This document shows positions 56,009 through 64,000 of a stretch of DNA of 64,000 nucleotides, piece after piece; the first letter of the stretch is position 1; each line of letters opens with the position of its first letter. The stretch spans positions 18,740 through 82,739 of the forward strand of contig JACPUW010000037.1 of NCBI GenBank assembly GCA_016192035.1, read 5' to 3'. This DNA comes from Bacteroidota bacterium (GTDB lineage Bacteria; Bacteroidota; Bacteroidia; CAILMK01; JACPUW01). The position numbers were made by a program, and so were the translations under genes. Under the pieces are notes generated by a model. It searched no databases and was not told where the DNA came from. It saw only the letters and a list, made by a program, of their open reading frames with translations.

Positions 56009-57262
56009 TTATGCCTCGTTGTTTCCTATATACACCAACTGGTTCAAATTGTTTGGGGCAAACACCTCAGCGGCTACCTGGAGCAGGTCGTCACTGCTTA
56101 CCTCCTCTATCAAGTCAAAGAGTTCGCGCAGCAAAACTACCTTGTTGAAATGCAGTATTCCTTTGGCCATGTTTTGCATTTGCATTCCAGGGCTTTCATT
56201 GGCTATGGCCAGGCTTCCCTGGAGTTGGCGCTTGGCCTTGGCCAGGAGTAAGGGGCCCAAGGCCTTGCTTTTCAGTTTGTCCAATTCTTTGTGTACTATG
56301 TTCAGGGTAGGCTGAAGGTTTTTCTCGTCGCAGCCAAAACTCACCATAAAGACCCCTGTATCGTCAAAAGCCTGGTAACTGGCGTTTATATTGTAGCAAT
56401 AACCATATTTCTCACGTACCGAGAGATTTAGCCTGGAACCCATGTTATTGCCGCCGAGCAGATTGGTTAAAAGCATCAAGGCAAACCGCTTGGGATGGTA
56501 CCGGTGGTACGCCAACCCGCCAAGGATGCAGTGCGTTTGCTGGAAGTCTTTGTTAAAACTAAGCTGGAAATGTGGGGCAGGGCTGGGGCAGGCCCTGGGG
56601 GCCAATGACAGGTTAGAAGACTGGGTAGAGAGGTATTTATCAACCAATTGTTCCACCCGGCCATGTGGCAGGTTGCCCACCACGCCCAGTACCATGTGGG
56701 CCGGGGTATAGTGTTGTTTCATAAACAAAGCCAACTCTTTAGGGCCAATGGAAGCCAAGGATTGCTTGGTGCCCAATATATTGAAACCCAGTGGGTGGGT
56801 CGGAAAAAGCCGAGAAAAAAACTCGTCGTAGATGGAGTCGTCGGGGCTATCTTCATACATCTCGATTTCCTCAAAAATCACTTGACGCTCCTTATCAAGC
56901 TCGTGGCCAGGCAGGGCAGGGTGAAAGCACATATCGGCGAGCAGGTCTATGCCCCTATCTACGTACTTCTTGAGGCCAGAAGCATAAAATGCCGTGTTTT
57001 CTCTTGTGGTATAGGCATTTAATTCACCGCCCACCGATTCAATTAAGTCAAATAATTGCGCCGGACGCCGCCGGGTGGTACCCTTAAACAGTGCATGCTC
57101 AATAAAATGGGCGGAACCATTGGTGCTCTCGTCTTCATCTCGGCTGCCAGTTTTTATAAAGAGACCACAATGAACCAATTGAGTAGTCTTTAGGCGCAAG
57201 TGAACGACCCTAAGGCCGTTGGAAAGGGTAAAAAGTTGAACCTGTGATTTATTGTTGGGCAT
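56009..57262 (-). CDS. M16-family (pitrilysin/insulinase-like) zinc peptidase
   Basis: The inverted zinc motif HFIEH occurs in GSAHFIEHALFKGT, with a downstream E in ENTAFYA. Length is 417 aa. Confidence 0.88.
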   Translation of the reverse strand: MPNNKSQVQLFTLSNGLRVVHLRLKTTQLVHCGLFIKTGSRDEDESTNGSAHFIEHALFKGTTRRRPAQLFDLIESVGGELNAYTTRENTAFYASGLKKYVDRGIDLLADMCFHPALPGHELDKERQVIFEEIEMYEDSPDDSIYDEFFSRLFPTHPLGFNILGTKQSLASIGPKELALFMKQHYTPAHMVLGVVGNLPHGRVEQLVDKYLSTQSSNLSLAPRACPSPAPHFQLSFNKDFQQTHCILGGLAYHRYHPKRFALMLLTNLLGGNNMGSRLNLSVREKYGYCYNINASYQAFDDTGVFMVSFGCDEKNLQPTLNIVHKELDKLKSKALGPLLLAKAKRQLQGSLAIANESPGMQMQNMAKGILHFNKVVLLRELFDLIEEVSSDDLLQVAAEVFAPNNLNQLVYIGNNEA

Positions 57263-57497
57263 GGTAAAGCTGGTCCATTATCCGCGCCAGCGCGTGGTCT
57301 TTATCTGTTATGGTATTGCCCTGGCTATGGGTGCATAGGGTCACCGAAACCCGGTTCCAATGATTGGTCCATTCAGGGTGATGGTCTATTTTTTCTGCCC
57401 ATAGGGCCACTTTGGTCATCCAAGAAAAGGCTTCAATAAAATCGCTGAAGACAAACTCTTTGAACATTTTGCCGTTGCGGTTGCTCCATTCGTGCAT
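57249..57497 (-). CDS. phhB: Pterin-4-alpha-carbinolamine dehydratase
   Basis: FKEFVFSDFIEAFSWMTKVALWAEKIDHHPEWTNHWNRVSVTLCTHS carries the PCD signature DHHPE...TH. I chose M28 of the ORF-track translation as the start. It overlaps the M16 gene start by 14 nt. Confidence 0.85.
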   Translation of the reverse strand: MHEWSNRNGKMFKEFVFSDFIEAFSWMTKVALWAEKIDHHPEWTNHWNRVSVTLCTHSQGNTITDKDHALARIMDQLYHAQQ

Positions 57498-57595
57498 GTT
57501 GCGCAAAGGTATGCCCACCGGTCCATGCGCTTTTTTTGGATGTGGCCTTTGGGAAAACGACAATGCAAGTGGAGGCACTCCCTATTTTTACGTGT

Positions 57596-58312
57596 ATGAA
57601 CAGAATGGTGTTTTTGCTGGTGGCCATGCCCATGCTAGGGGGGTGGGCCCATGCCCAGGTGCCCCCATGGAGCCTTGATCTGGGTATGTACGGATATTAT
57701 TACCGGGCCCCGCTCACCATTTCACTAGGGGGAGCTTCGGTACAGGGCCAGTCCCGGCGGGCCGACTTGGACGCCCAGCTAGGAGTCTTTGTTTTTACCA
57801 ATTTGGCAGCGGGCATCAGGTATAGCCAGTCTTATGATTTTTTGCAGGTGGAGCAGCAGTTTTTCAATTCTGCCACCTCAAGCTATGAAGACTATTTTCA
57901 ATTGGCCAACCGATGGATAGCGGGTGTGTATGCCAGGTATTACTTTGACCTGTGGCCCATACTATCAGTTCTGGCCCATGCAGAATTCGGCAAAGGCCAA
58001 GGAGCGCTGAAGTACAACCAGGAAGATGGCAATGGCGGGATTGAGGTAGTGCAACTGCCCCGTAACCTGGACGATGTGGCTTTTGGGCTTGGTGTTTCCC
58101 TGAGGCCGCACCCCGATGTGGGTTTGGAGTTCATGGTCTTGCGGCGTTTCCGCAATGAGTATTACCAGCCCACAGGAGCAGGGCTTACGGGCTTGCTACA
58201 GGTAGAGCAGTACCAGGGCACCGAATTAAGGGTAGGCCTGCGCATCCATCTTGATGTTGTCCACATGCTTGGATCTAAGGAAAAGCCCAGCTCAAGGCCT
58301 GTTATCCGTTGA
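57596..58312 (+). CDS. Putative outer-membrane beta-barrel protein
   Basis: Signal peptide MNRMVFLLVAMPMLGGWAHAQ. It is followed by alternating-hydrophobicity strands rich in Y, G and R. No specific family was recognised. Confidence 0.5.
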   Translation: MNRMVFLLVAMPMLGGWAHAQVPPWSLDLGMYGYYYRAPLTISLGGASVQGQSRRADLDAQLGVFVFTNLAAGIRYSQSYDFLQVEQQFFNSATSSYEDYFQLANRWIAGVYARYYFDLWPILSVLAHAEFGKGQGALKYNQEDGNGGIEVVQLPRNLDDVAFGLGVSLRPHPDVGLEFMVLRRFRNEYYQPTGAGLTGLLQVEQYQGTELRVGLRIHLDVVHMLGSKEKPSSRPVIR

Positions 58313-58559
58313 GCCAATATTAAATTTTCCTGTAGTTCACCGAAAAAAAGGTAAACTATGGGAGGGGTAAGAAACCTTGCCTTTATGTTTACGTTAAATC
58401 TGCATTCAACCCACTAAAGTTTGCGCCCATGAGAACCGTAATCCTGCTGCTTATCTACCTTGTAGCGTATGTAATTTATTTGGTTCTCAATATACTATAT
58501 GCTCCCCTAAAGGCCATTGAAAAGTCACAGGCACTGGTGAGCCGCATAGGAGGGGCGGC

Positions 58560-59801
58560 CTAGCGCACCTCATACTGCAGCACTAGCCTGGACTTGCCAA
58601 ATTGCAGTGCTATACTGCCATTGCTGCCAAGCACATCTAGGGAACCCACCCAAGTGTCCATCACGGCTTCGCCAAACACTCCGTCACTTTCCACTACCGA
58701 TATTTCCCACCTTTCGCCACCTATTTTCAGCGATTGACTGAGTGAATAGGCTAAGGGGAGCACATCCTTGGTTACATCATTTTCTACGCTGGTATTGAGC
58801 GCGTTGTCGCTGCCTCTTTTAAGGCGGATGCTTATGTCGGGCTCAGGCCCTATGCCCGGTATGGGCAGGGGGAAAGGCAATTCGGGGTCCCAGGTGTTGC
58901 CGTCAGCCGAAAGGATGGGATAATCAAGCAAGACTACATTGGCGAGGTATCTGTCACCCACCTTTATACGCAAGGAAGTAGTATCAGTAAGGGCTCCGTT
59001 GGCCGATTCGGCCTGCAACACCACCCGGTATTTGCCGGGCTGCAGATAGGTATGGGCAGGGTTCAGTTTGGTACTTTGGGTGCCATCACCCATTTCCCAG
59101 ATAAACCTAAAAGCATTTTCTGAACAATTTAGAAAGGAAATCTCTTGTCCGGGCGTGGCAAGTGTGGTACTGGGCGCAAAACAGGCCACCGGCAATCCCA
59201 TGTCTTCAACCAGCACGTTAAGCGTTTGTACTTTATTGGTGTTGGTTCCCGGTTCATAGGCTGTGAGCGTTACAGGGTAAGTACCGGGTGCCGCATATTG
59301 GTGCGTGGGGTTGATTTGGGTTGATTGTTCCCCATCGCCAAACTGCCAAGTATAGCGTGAGGCCCCCTCAGAGCAATTGATAAAAAACACTTCCAATAGA
59401 GGCAATACTTGGGGCAGGAAACAAGCCTTAAGTGCTCCGGTATTGGGATCTTTTGCCACGCTAACCTCCTGTGTTTGCACCGATACATCCTGGATTGGAT
59501 CTAAGGGGTAAGCTATAAGGGTAATGGTGAATGTGCCTACTTGTTCAAACACGTAGTCCACCTCCTTTTTTTTGGTAAGCAGGGGGCCTTTGCCAAAATA
59601 GAGTTCAGTATAGAGGGCGTTTTTGCTGCAGTCGGTTATTCGTATGGTATCGCCCAGGGCAATGGCGTTGGCACTAAGTTGCAAGCAAGCCTCAGGCGAA
59701 GGGCCTGGTTCATGGGGTTTTCGGCAGGATAGCAGGGCTATTAACCAAGCCAATACAACCAATAGGGCGGAGCGGGCAACAAGGCGCTGGTGTGGTATCA
59801 T
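58560..59801 (-). CDS. Lipoprotein with two PKD domains
   Basis: Lipobox LIALLSCRK. The two PKD modules are FINCSEGASRYTWQFGDGEQSTQINPTHQYAAPGTYPVTLTAY and FLNCSENAFRFIWEMGDGTQSTKLNPAHTYLQPGKYRVVLQA. Confidence 0.85.
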   Translation of the reverse strand: MIPHQRLVARSALLVVLAWLIALLSCRKPHEPGPSPEACLQLSANAIALGDTIRITDCSKNALYTELYFGKGPLLTKKKEVDYVFEQVGTFTITLIAYPLDPIQDVSVQTQEVSVAKDPNTGALKACFLPQVLPLLEVFFINCSEGASRYTWQFGDGEQSTQINPTHQYAAPGTYPVTLTAYEPGTNTNKVQTLNVLVEDMGLPVACFAPSTTLATPGQEISFLNCSENAFRFIWEMGDGTQSTKLNPAHTYLQPGKYRVVLQAESANGALTDTTSLRIKVGDRYLANVVLLDYPILSADGNTWDPELPFPLPIPGIGPEPDISIRLKRGSDNALNTSVENDVTKDVLPLAYSLSQSLKIGGERWEISVVESDGVFGEAVMDTWVGSLDVLGSNGSIALQFGKSRLVLQYEVR

Positions 59802-59863
59802 ACTGCAAATAAAAGAAATAAAGGAAAGGACGGGCTAGCAGGCGGCCAAAGCCGTTGAACATA

Positions 59864-60247
59864 TTAAAACATCAAGCGCCAAAGGCCTCTGCCCGCCAAT
59901 ATCATGGCCAGGCTTCCTATGATGTTTAACCCAAAAAAGGCCAAGTTTTTTAGCCACTGGCCCTGTAGGGCCATTTGAATCACTTCATATGAAAAGGTGG
60001 ACATGGTGGTAAGCGAGCCACAAAATCCAATGGCCAAGAAAAAACGCATGGAATCTGATAAAACGCGGTGGGGTAGTGCGCCCAAGAGTAAAAAACCGAG
60101 TAATAAACTGCCCACTAGATTGGCCAGAAGGGTGCCCCAGGGCAGATGTGGGTAGATGGAAAAGAAATGCGCTAAGCCAAAGCGGGCCAAAGCACCCAAA
60201 AAACCGCCTAATCCAACATAAGCGCAATGCAGCAGCACGGTTGACAT
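59864..60247 (-). CDS. crcB: Fluoride ion channel CrcB/FluC
   Basis: 127 aa with four TM segments. GGFLGALARF and GFCGSLTTMSTFSYE are CrcB signatures. Confidence 0.92.
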   Translation of the reverse strand: MSTVLLHCAYVGLGGFLGALARFGLAHFFSIYPHLPWGTLLANLVGSLLLGFLLLGALPHRVLSDSMRFFLAIGFCGSLTTMSTFSYEVIQMALQGQWLKNLAFFGLNIIGSLAMILAGRGLWRLMF

Positions 60248-60267
60248 ATCAAAACCGGGTAAAAGGT

Positions 60268-61965
60268 TTATATAAACTCATCGCGATAACTGTTTATGGT
60301 GGTTTTCACCTCCTTGCGCAGCCAGAGAATACCTATCAGGTTGGGTATGGTCATAAGGGCAATGGCAATTCCTGAAAATGTCCATATGAGCTGTGTATCG
60401 GTAAACGAGGCCAAAAAGAAACCCAACACATAGAGCAAGCGGTAGGGCAATACCCATTTGGCCCCCAATAAGAAGATAACGGCGCGGTCACCGTAGTATG
60501 ACCATGATATGGCGGTGGAAAAGGCAAACAGCAGGAGGGCTATGGTAACGATATAGGCGCCGCTTTGGCCAAACAAACCTTTGCTAAAGGCTATACTGGT
60601 GAGCGGCGCGCTGTGAACCAGTGATTTGCCTGTTATTTGGATGCCCGAATTGTTTGACACATCCCCTTGCTGTATGTGCAGGTCGCCGGTAAACGGCTTA
60701 GGGTCATTGGCATCTTGAAGCACCCGAACGTCACTGGCTACCGACCGGGCGTGTAGTATGGTGATACCCTGAGGCAAGGTACCGTTGTCAATATGGACCA
60801 AGCCGGTGTACCGCGAAAGTTGTTCTCCCCCGTTGAAATGCGCATAGAGTCGGTCAAGGTCTGTGGATTCCTGTAGGCTGCCTTCCACCACGGTGATTTC
60901 AGAAAACTGAAAAGCGTTTTCGTATTTTTCTTTCCAAACACCTGATGCCAAAATGGTGATGCCGGTGAGGCTACAAATGATAATGGTGTCGATAAATGGC
61001 TCTAAAATGGCCACCATTCCTTCTGATACCGGTTCATGGGCCTTGGCAGAGGCATGGGCTATGGGAGCAGATCCTTGGCCGGCCTCATTGGAAAAGAGGC
61101 CCCGGTTCACACCCCTGTTGAAAGCGTAGGCCACCGAAGCCCCTAGGAACCCCCCGGCTGCTGCCGTGCCGTTAAATACATGGGCAAAAACAGAAACAAT
61201 GGCAGGTAGGATATTGTCATAGTTGTGAATGAGGACCGAAATGGCGCCAAAGAAATAGATGAAGGCCATGGCCGGCACCAGTTTTTCTGATACCTTAGCT
61301 ATGCGCCGTATGCCACCTACTATCACTAAACCCAGGCATACGGCCAAAACGCCTCCGGTTACCATATGGCCAATGCCAAAAGTGGCTGACACCGCATTGG
61401 CTATGCTGTTAATCTGTGGAAGGTTACCGGTGCCAAAAGACGAAACGATGGTGGCCACGGCAAACATGGCTGCCATCCATGATAGGTTGACCTTCTTGCC
61501 AAAAAGCCTGAAATCGGCTTTTTTCATAAAGTACATGGCCCCCCCGGCCATAGTGCCATCACTTACTTTTTCGCGGTATTTGTGTGACAAGGTTACCTCT
61601 ACAAACTTGGTGGTCATGCCCAGAAAAGCGGTGACCAACATCCAGAACAGGGCTGAGGGCCCTCCAAGGTGAATGGCAAAGGCCACTCCGGCTATGTTAC
61701 CCGTGCCCACGGTGCCCGAAAGTGCGGTTGCCAATGCCTGAAAATGAGAGGTATCACCCTCATCCCCTTGTTTGTCGTACTTACCCCTTAAAATGCGGAT
61801 TGCCCTACCGAAGTACCTAATCTGCGGAAAACCAAGGTACAAGGTGAAAAAAAGTCCGGTGAAAAGCAGGAAAAACACAAACCACGGGCTACCACCTATA
61901 TATCCATCTATGGTGGCGAGCAAGTCATTGAGATTTTGCATGGAAGGCATTAAAGCGTTGGGCAA
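60268..61965 (-). CDS. Alanine/glycine:cation symporter (AGCS) family transporter with ~100-aa soluble insertion
   Basis: [35 protein letters not shown] is the AGCS signature. At 565 aa it exceeds the ~450-480 aa I recall for typical members. The extra segment maps to ~60631-60936. Confidence 0.88.
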   Translation of the reverse strand: MPNALMPSMQNLNDLLATIDGYIGGSPWFVFFLLFTGLFFTLYLGFPQIRYFGRAIRILRGKYDKQGDEGDTSHFQALATALSGTVGTGNIAGVAFAIHLGGPSALFWMLVTAFLGMTTKFVEVTLSHKYREKVSDGTMAGGAMYFMKKADFRLFGKKVNLSWMAAMFAVATIVSSFGTGNLPQINSIANAVSATFGIGHMVTGGVLAVCLGLVIVGGIRRIAKVSEKLVPAMAFIYFFGAISVLIHNYDNILPAIVSVFAHVFNGTAAAGGFLGASVAYAFNRGVNRGLFSNEAGQGSAPIAHASAKAHEPVSEGMVAILEPFIDTIIICSLTGITILASGVWKEKYENAFQFSEITVVEGSLQESTDLDRLYAHFNGGEQLSRYTGLVHIDNGTLPQGITILHARSVASDVRVLQDANDPKPFTGDLHIQQGDVSNNSGIQITGKSLVHSAPLTSIAFSKGLFGQSGAYIVTIALLLFAFSTAISWSYYGDRAVIFLLGAKWVLPYRLLYVLGFFLASFTDTQLIWTFSGIAIALMTIPNLIGILWLRKEVKTTINSYRDEFI

Positions 61966-62132
61966 TGATACTTTTTTTATTGTAATACGCCCAAATCTTG
62001 GCTGGATTGATGATTATCAGCCTGGTCAATTTTGGTTCGGGTAGCTTTGGCCCTTAATTAAAGTTCAACACCATTTCACGCATAGTACTTCATCTAAAGG
62101 CAAAGTGGGGCCTTCGCACGGGTTGGCAGGTA

Positions 62133-62405
62133 GTGGTCATTTTCATCGTATTTGCCATTACGGGAACCCTGAGCGTGCGGGTCGGTGTCCCTGTGCTGGA
62201 ATGGTGTGGCGTGGATAGGGCCCATATGTCGCCCTGGTTGTACTGGCCATTGCGCCTGCTTATTATATTCCCTATTTATCAGGTTTTACTCATACTGGTA
62301 GGTACCGCCTTTGGCCAATTCAAGTTTTTTTACCTGGTGGAAAAGAAAATGCTGGGGCGGTTGCTCCCCTTCCTTTTTTCGTCGAAGGAGGGCGACGTAG
62401 CCTAA
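62133..62405 (+). CDS. Small two-TM membrane protein of unknown function
   Basis: 90 aa with two hydrophobic helices and the motif FGQFKFFYLVEKKMLGR. The start is a GTG and is uncertain. Confidence 0.5.
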   Translation: MVIFIVFAITGTLSVRVGVPVLEWCGVDRAHMSPWLYWPLRLLIIFPIYQVLLILVGTAFGQFKFFYLVEKKMLGRLLPFLFSSKEGDVA

Positions 62406-62408
62406 CCT

Positions 62409-63170
62409 CTAGATTTTGTACGCAAAGCCATTGGTGAGCCTATAGGTAAATGCCGGTACAAGTGCATTGTCCACAGGATTAGAATCGTAGTTCATGCCAA
62501 ATCGGGTAAGCATGGATAGCCTATGGTTAAGTTTAATCTCCAGGCTGCTGTTCACCATTACCCTATAGTCGGTCACATTGCGAAAAAGCGGTTGATAATA
62601 CGCGGTATTATACCAGTGTAGCCATTCTTTCAAGGTAAATTTAAGGTTTAGGTAGGTGCTAAGCCGCATGTAGGCCTCACCCGTTGAACTATTGATTTCT
62701 TGTTCATACTCGCCCATGGCGGTTATGCCATAATAGGTTGCCAACAATCCCTTTTCCATAAACATAAGGCGGAGCCCAGCCCCTGCCAGCAGGCGGTGTT
62801 TTATGCGCTGTATTTTGTCATACTGGTTTTGAACAAAGGCCTCCAAAACCAGCGGGCTATCCACCATCCATCCATAGCGCAAGTGCTGAAAAGTGTTTTG
62901 TTCAAAATTGAATGTGCTTGACATGTTGATGTTGATGTCGTGGAGCAATAGCCATCTATGAGGGCCTTTTACAAACTGAGTCCGCAGCTTGTTGTTGAGT
63001 TGAAACAAATGGGCATTGTTTTTCAATGCCATAAAATTCAGGTCCACCAAACCCTGCCAACCCGATTGGTTTTCGTCAAGACGCGCTGATTCTACGTTGA
63101 CAATCTGGCCTTTGAGTACGTGGTGAACGAGAATGAGGCAGGCTAGCAAGCCTAATGACCGCAAGGACAT
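62409..63170 (-). CDS. Putative outer-membrane beta-barrel protein (DUF481-like)
   Basis: Signal peptide MSLRSLGLLACLILVHHVLKGQ. The body is rich in aromatic/alternating strands, and the C-terminus reads ...YRLTNGFAYKI. The family assignment is tentative. Confidence 0.5.
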   Translation of the reverse strand: MSLRSLGLLACLILVHHVLKGQIVNVESARLDENQSGWQGLVDLNFMALKNNAHLFQLNNKLRTQFVKGPHRWLLLHDININMSSTFNFEQNTFQHLRYGWMVDSPLVLEAFVQNQYDKIQRIKHRLLAGAGLRLMFMEKGLLATYYGITAMGEYEQEINSSTGEAYMRLSTYLNLKFTLKEWLHWYNTAYYQPLFRNVTDYRVMVNSSLEIKLNHRLSMLTRFGMNYDSNPVDNALVPAFTYRLTNGFAYKI

Positions 63171-64000
63171 TTACTGTAAAAGAAACTTCTTAAGGCCCAA
63201 TATGTTGGGAATTTGTGAAGAATCACGGCGGTTGGCATGGGCTATCTGTAATGATAGCCAGTCAAAAAGATAAATTCCTTCCAACAGGGCACTTAGGGAA
63301 TCCGTTGCAAGTTCCAAGCAAATGTAGTTATGCCCTTGTTCCCTAAGTACTTGCTCAAGGTAGTCAAACCGGAGCAAATTTCTTGGGTGCTTGCCTGACT
63401 TTACCAGGATCCAAGGCCCCATACGGGTTTCTCCTGTTATGGCTTCTATGGCATTATGGCACATTTCGGGCACTTCATGCACTTGCGCAAAGAGCTTACT
63501 GTTTTCGTTTAGCTGCTGTTGTGCGCGTATGCACATGGCGGCGCCGGGCGCATCTACGGCAATATGTACAATCTTTTGGCTATCAAGTGACAATTGACCC
63601 ATCAAAGCCAGTGACCGGGCTTTTATTCCTTCTTCCTTTTCCCTTAGGCCACGCATGGCATTGCGCAGTTCCACATCCATGGGTACACCACCAATTTCAC
63701 CTAGTATAAGGCATAGGTAGGTGAGCGAATATCCAAGCGCCATGCGGGGCTGCATACCGCCTACTGATTTGTACAGGGGGTGCCCATTTTCTGCCGCCCA
63801 ATCAGATAACTGGCCGCCACTGCTGATGCACAATATTTTACACCCCAATGCTTGTGCCTGCTTATAGCAAGACAAGGTTTCTTCTGTTTGCCCGGAATAG
63901 GAGCTACAAATCACCAGTGTTTGCTGGCGGATATTGGCCGGAAGGGTATAGTCAGCCACCAACTCAATAATAAGGGCGCTGCGGCTGGAAAAGTAGTTTT
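63171..64000 (-). CDS. SIS-domain bifunctional phosphoglucose/phosphomannose isomerase-like protein (5' end probably outside window)
   Basis: VICSSYSGQTEETLSCYKQAQALGCKILCISSGGQL is the SIS/PGI-PMI motif. The reading frame stays open from the TTG at 63962 to the window edge (…NYFSSRSALIIEL…), so the true start likely lies beyond 64000. Confidence 0.8.
   Translation of the reverse strand, partial: NYFSSRSALIIELVADYTLPANIRQQTLVICSSYSGQTEETLSCYKQAQALGCKILCISSGGQLSDWAAENGHPLYKSVGGMQPRMALGYSLTYLCLILGEIGGVPMDVELRNAMRGLREKEEGIKARSLALMGQLSLDSQKIVHIAVDAPGAAMCIRAQQQLNENSKLFAQVHEVPEMCHNAIEAITGETRMGPWILVKSGKHPRNLLRFDYLEQVLREQGHNYICLELATDSLSALLEGIYLFDWLSLQIAHANRRDSSQIPNILGLKKFLLQ

Overview
This is a 64-kb chromosomal window. 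The gene content points to a member of Bacteroidota: several T9SS type A and type B C-terminal sorting domains, SprB-type and HYR-like repeats, a fused 2-oxoacid dehydrogenase E1 alpha/beta, TonB, and very tight operons with overlapping stop and start codons. Hand counts of a few 60-nt lines give roughly 50-55% G+C. The exception is the first ~1.25 kb, which is strongly AT-rich and ends at a probable transposase remnant. I call about 48 protein genes. I recognised no rRNA, tRNA or CRISPR array. About a quarter of the window is surface or adhesin genes. These are a single 12,345-nt ORF (4114 aa, T9SS type A tail), a 4,935-nt PKD-rich ORF with a T9SS type B (gliding-associated) tail, and a beta-helix/dockerin-like gene paired with a cohesin-like T9SS-anchored gene. 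The rest is housekeeping: tatC, uvrA, metK, gcvH, dacB, glxK, fdhD, crcB, transporters and others. The observations I consider most worth follow-up are listed here.

1. A translationally coupled four-gene operon (29150-34626) contains a bacterial Vms1/ANKZF1-like release-factor (VLRF1) protein that overlaps a THUMP-domain RNA methyltransferase.
2. The adjacent dockerin-like/cohesin-like gene pair (38248-41157).
3. A four-unit, G-quadruplex-prone tandem repeat in a 1-kb non-coding gap (41365-41750).
4. A perfect 22-bp palindrome between yceI and a divergent gene (48516-48537).
5. The ECF sigma / small ORF / atypical LytTR regulator trio directly upstream of the giant adhesin, and the nested-domain architecture of that adhesin.

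All functional calls rest on motif recognition by eye from the supplied translations. No database search or structure prediction was possible.
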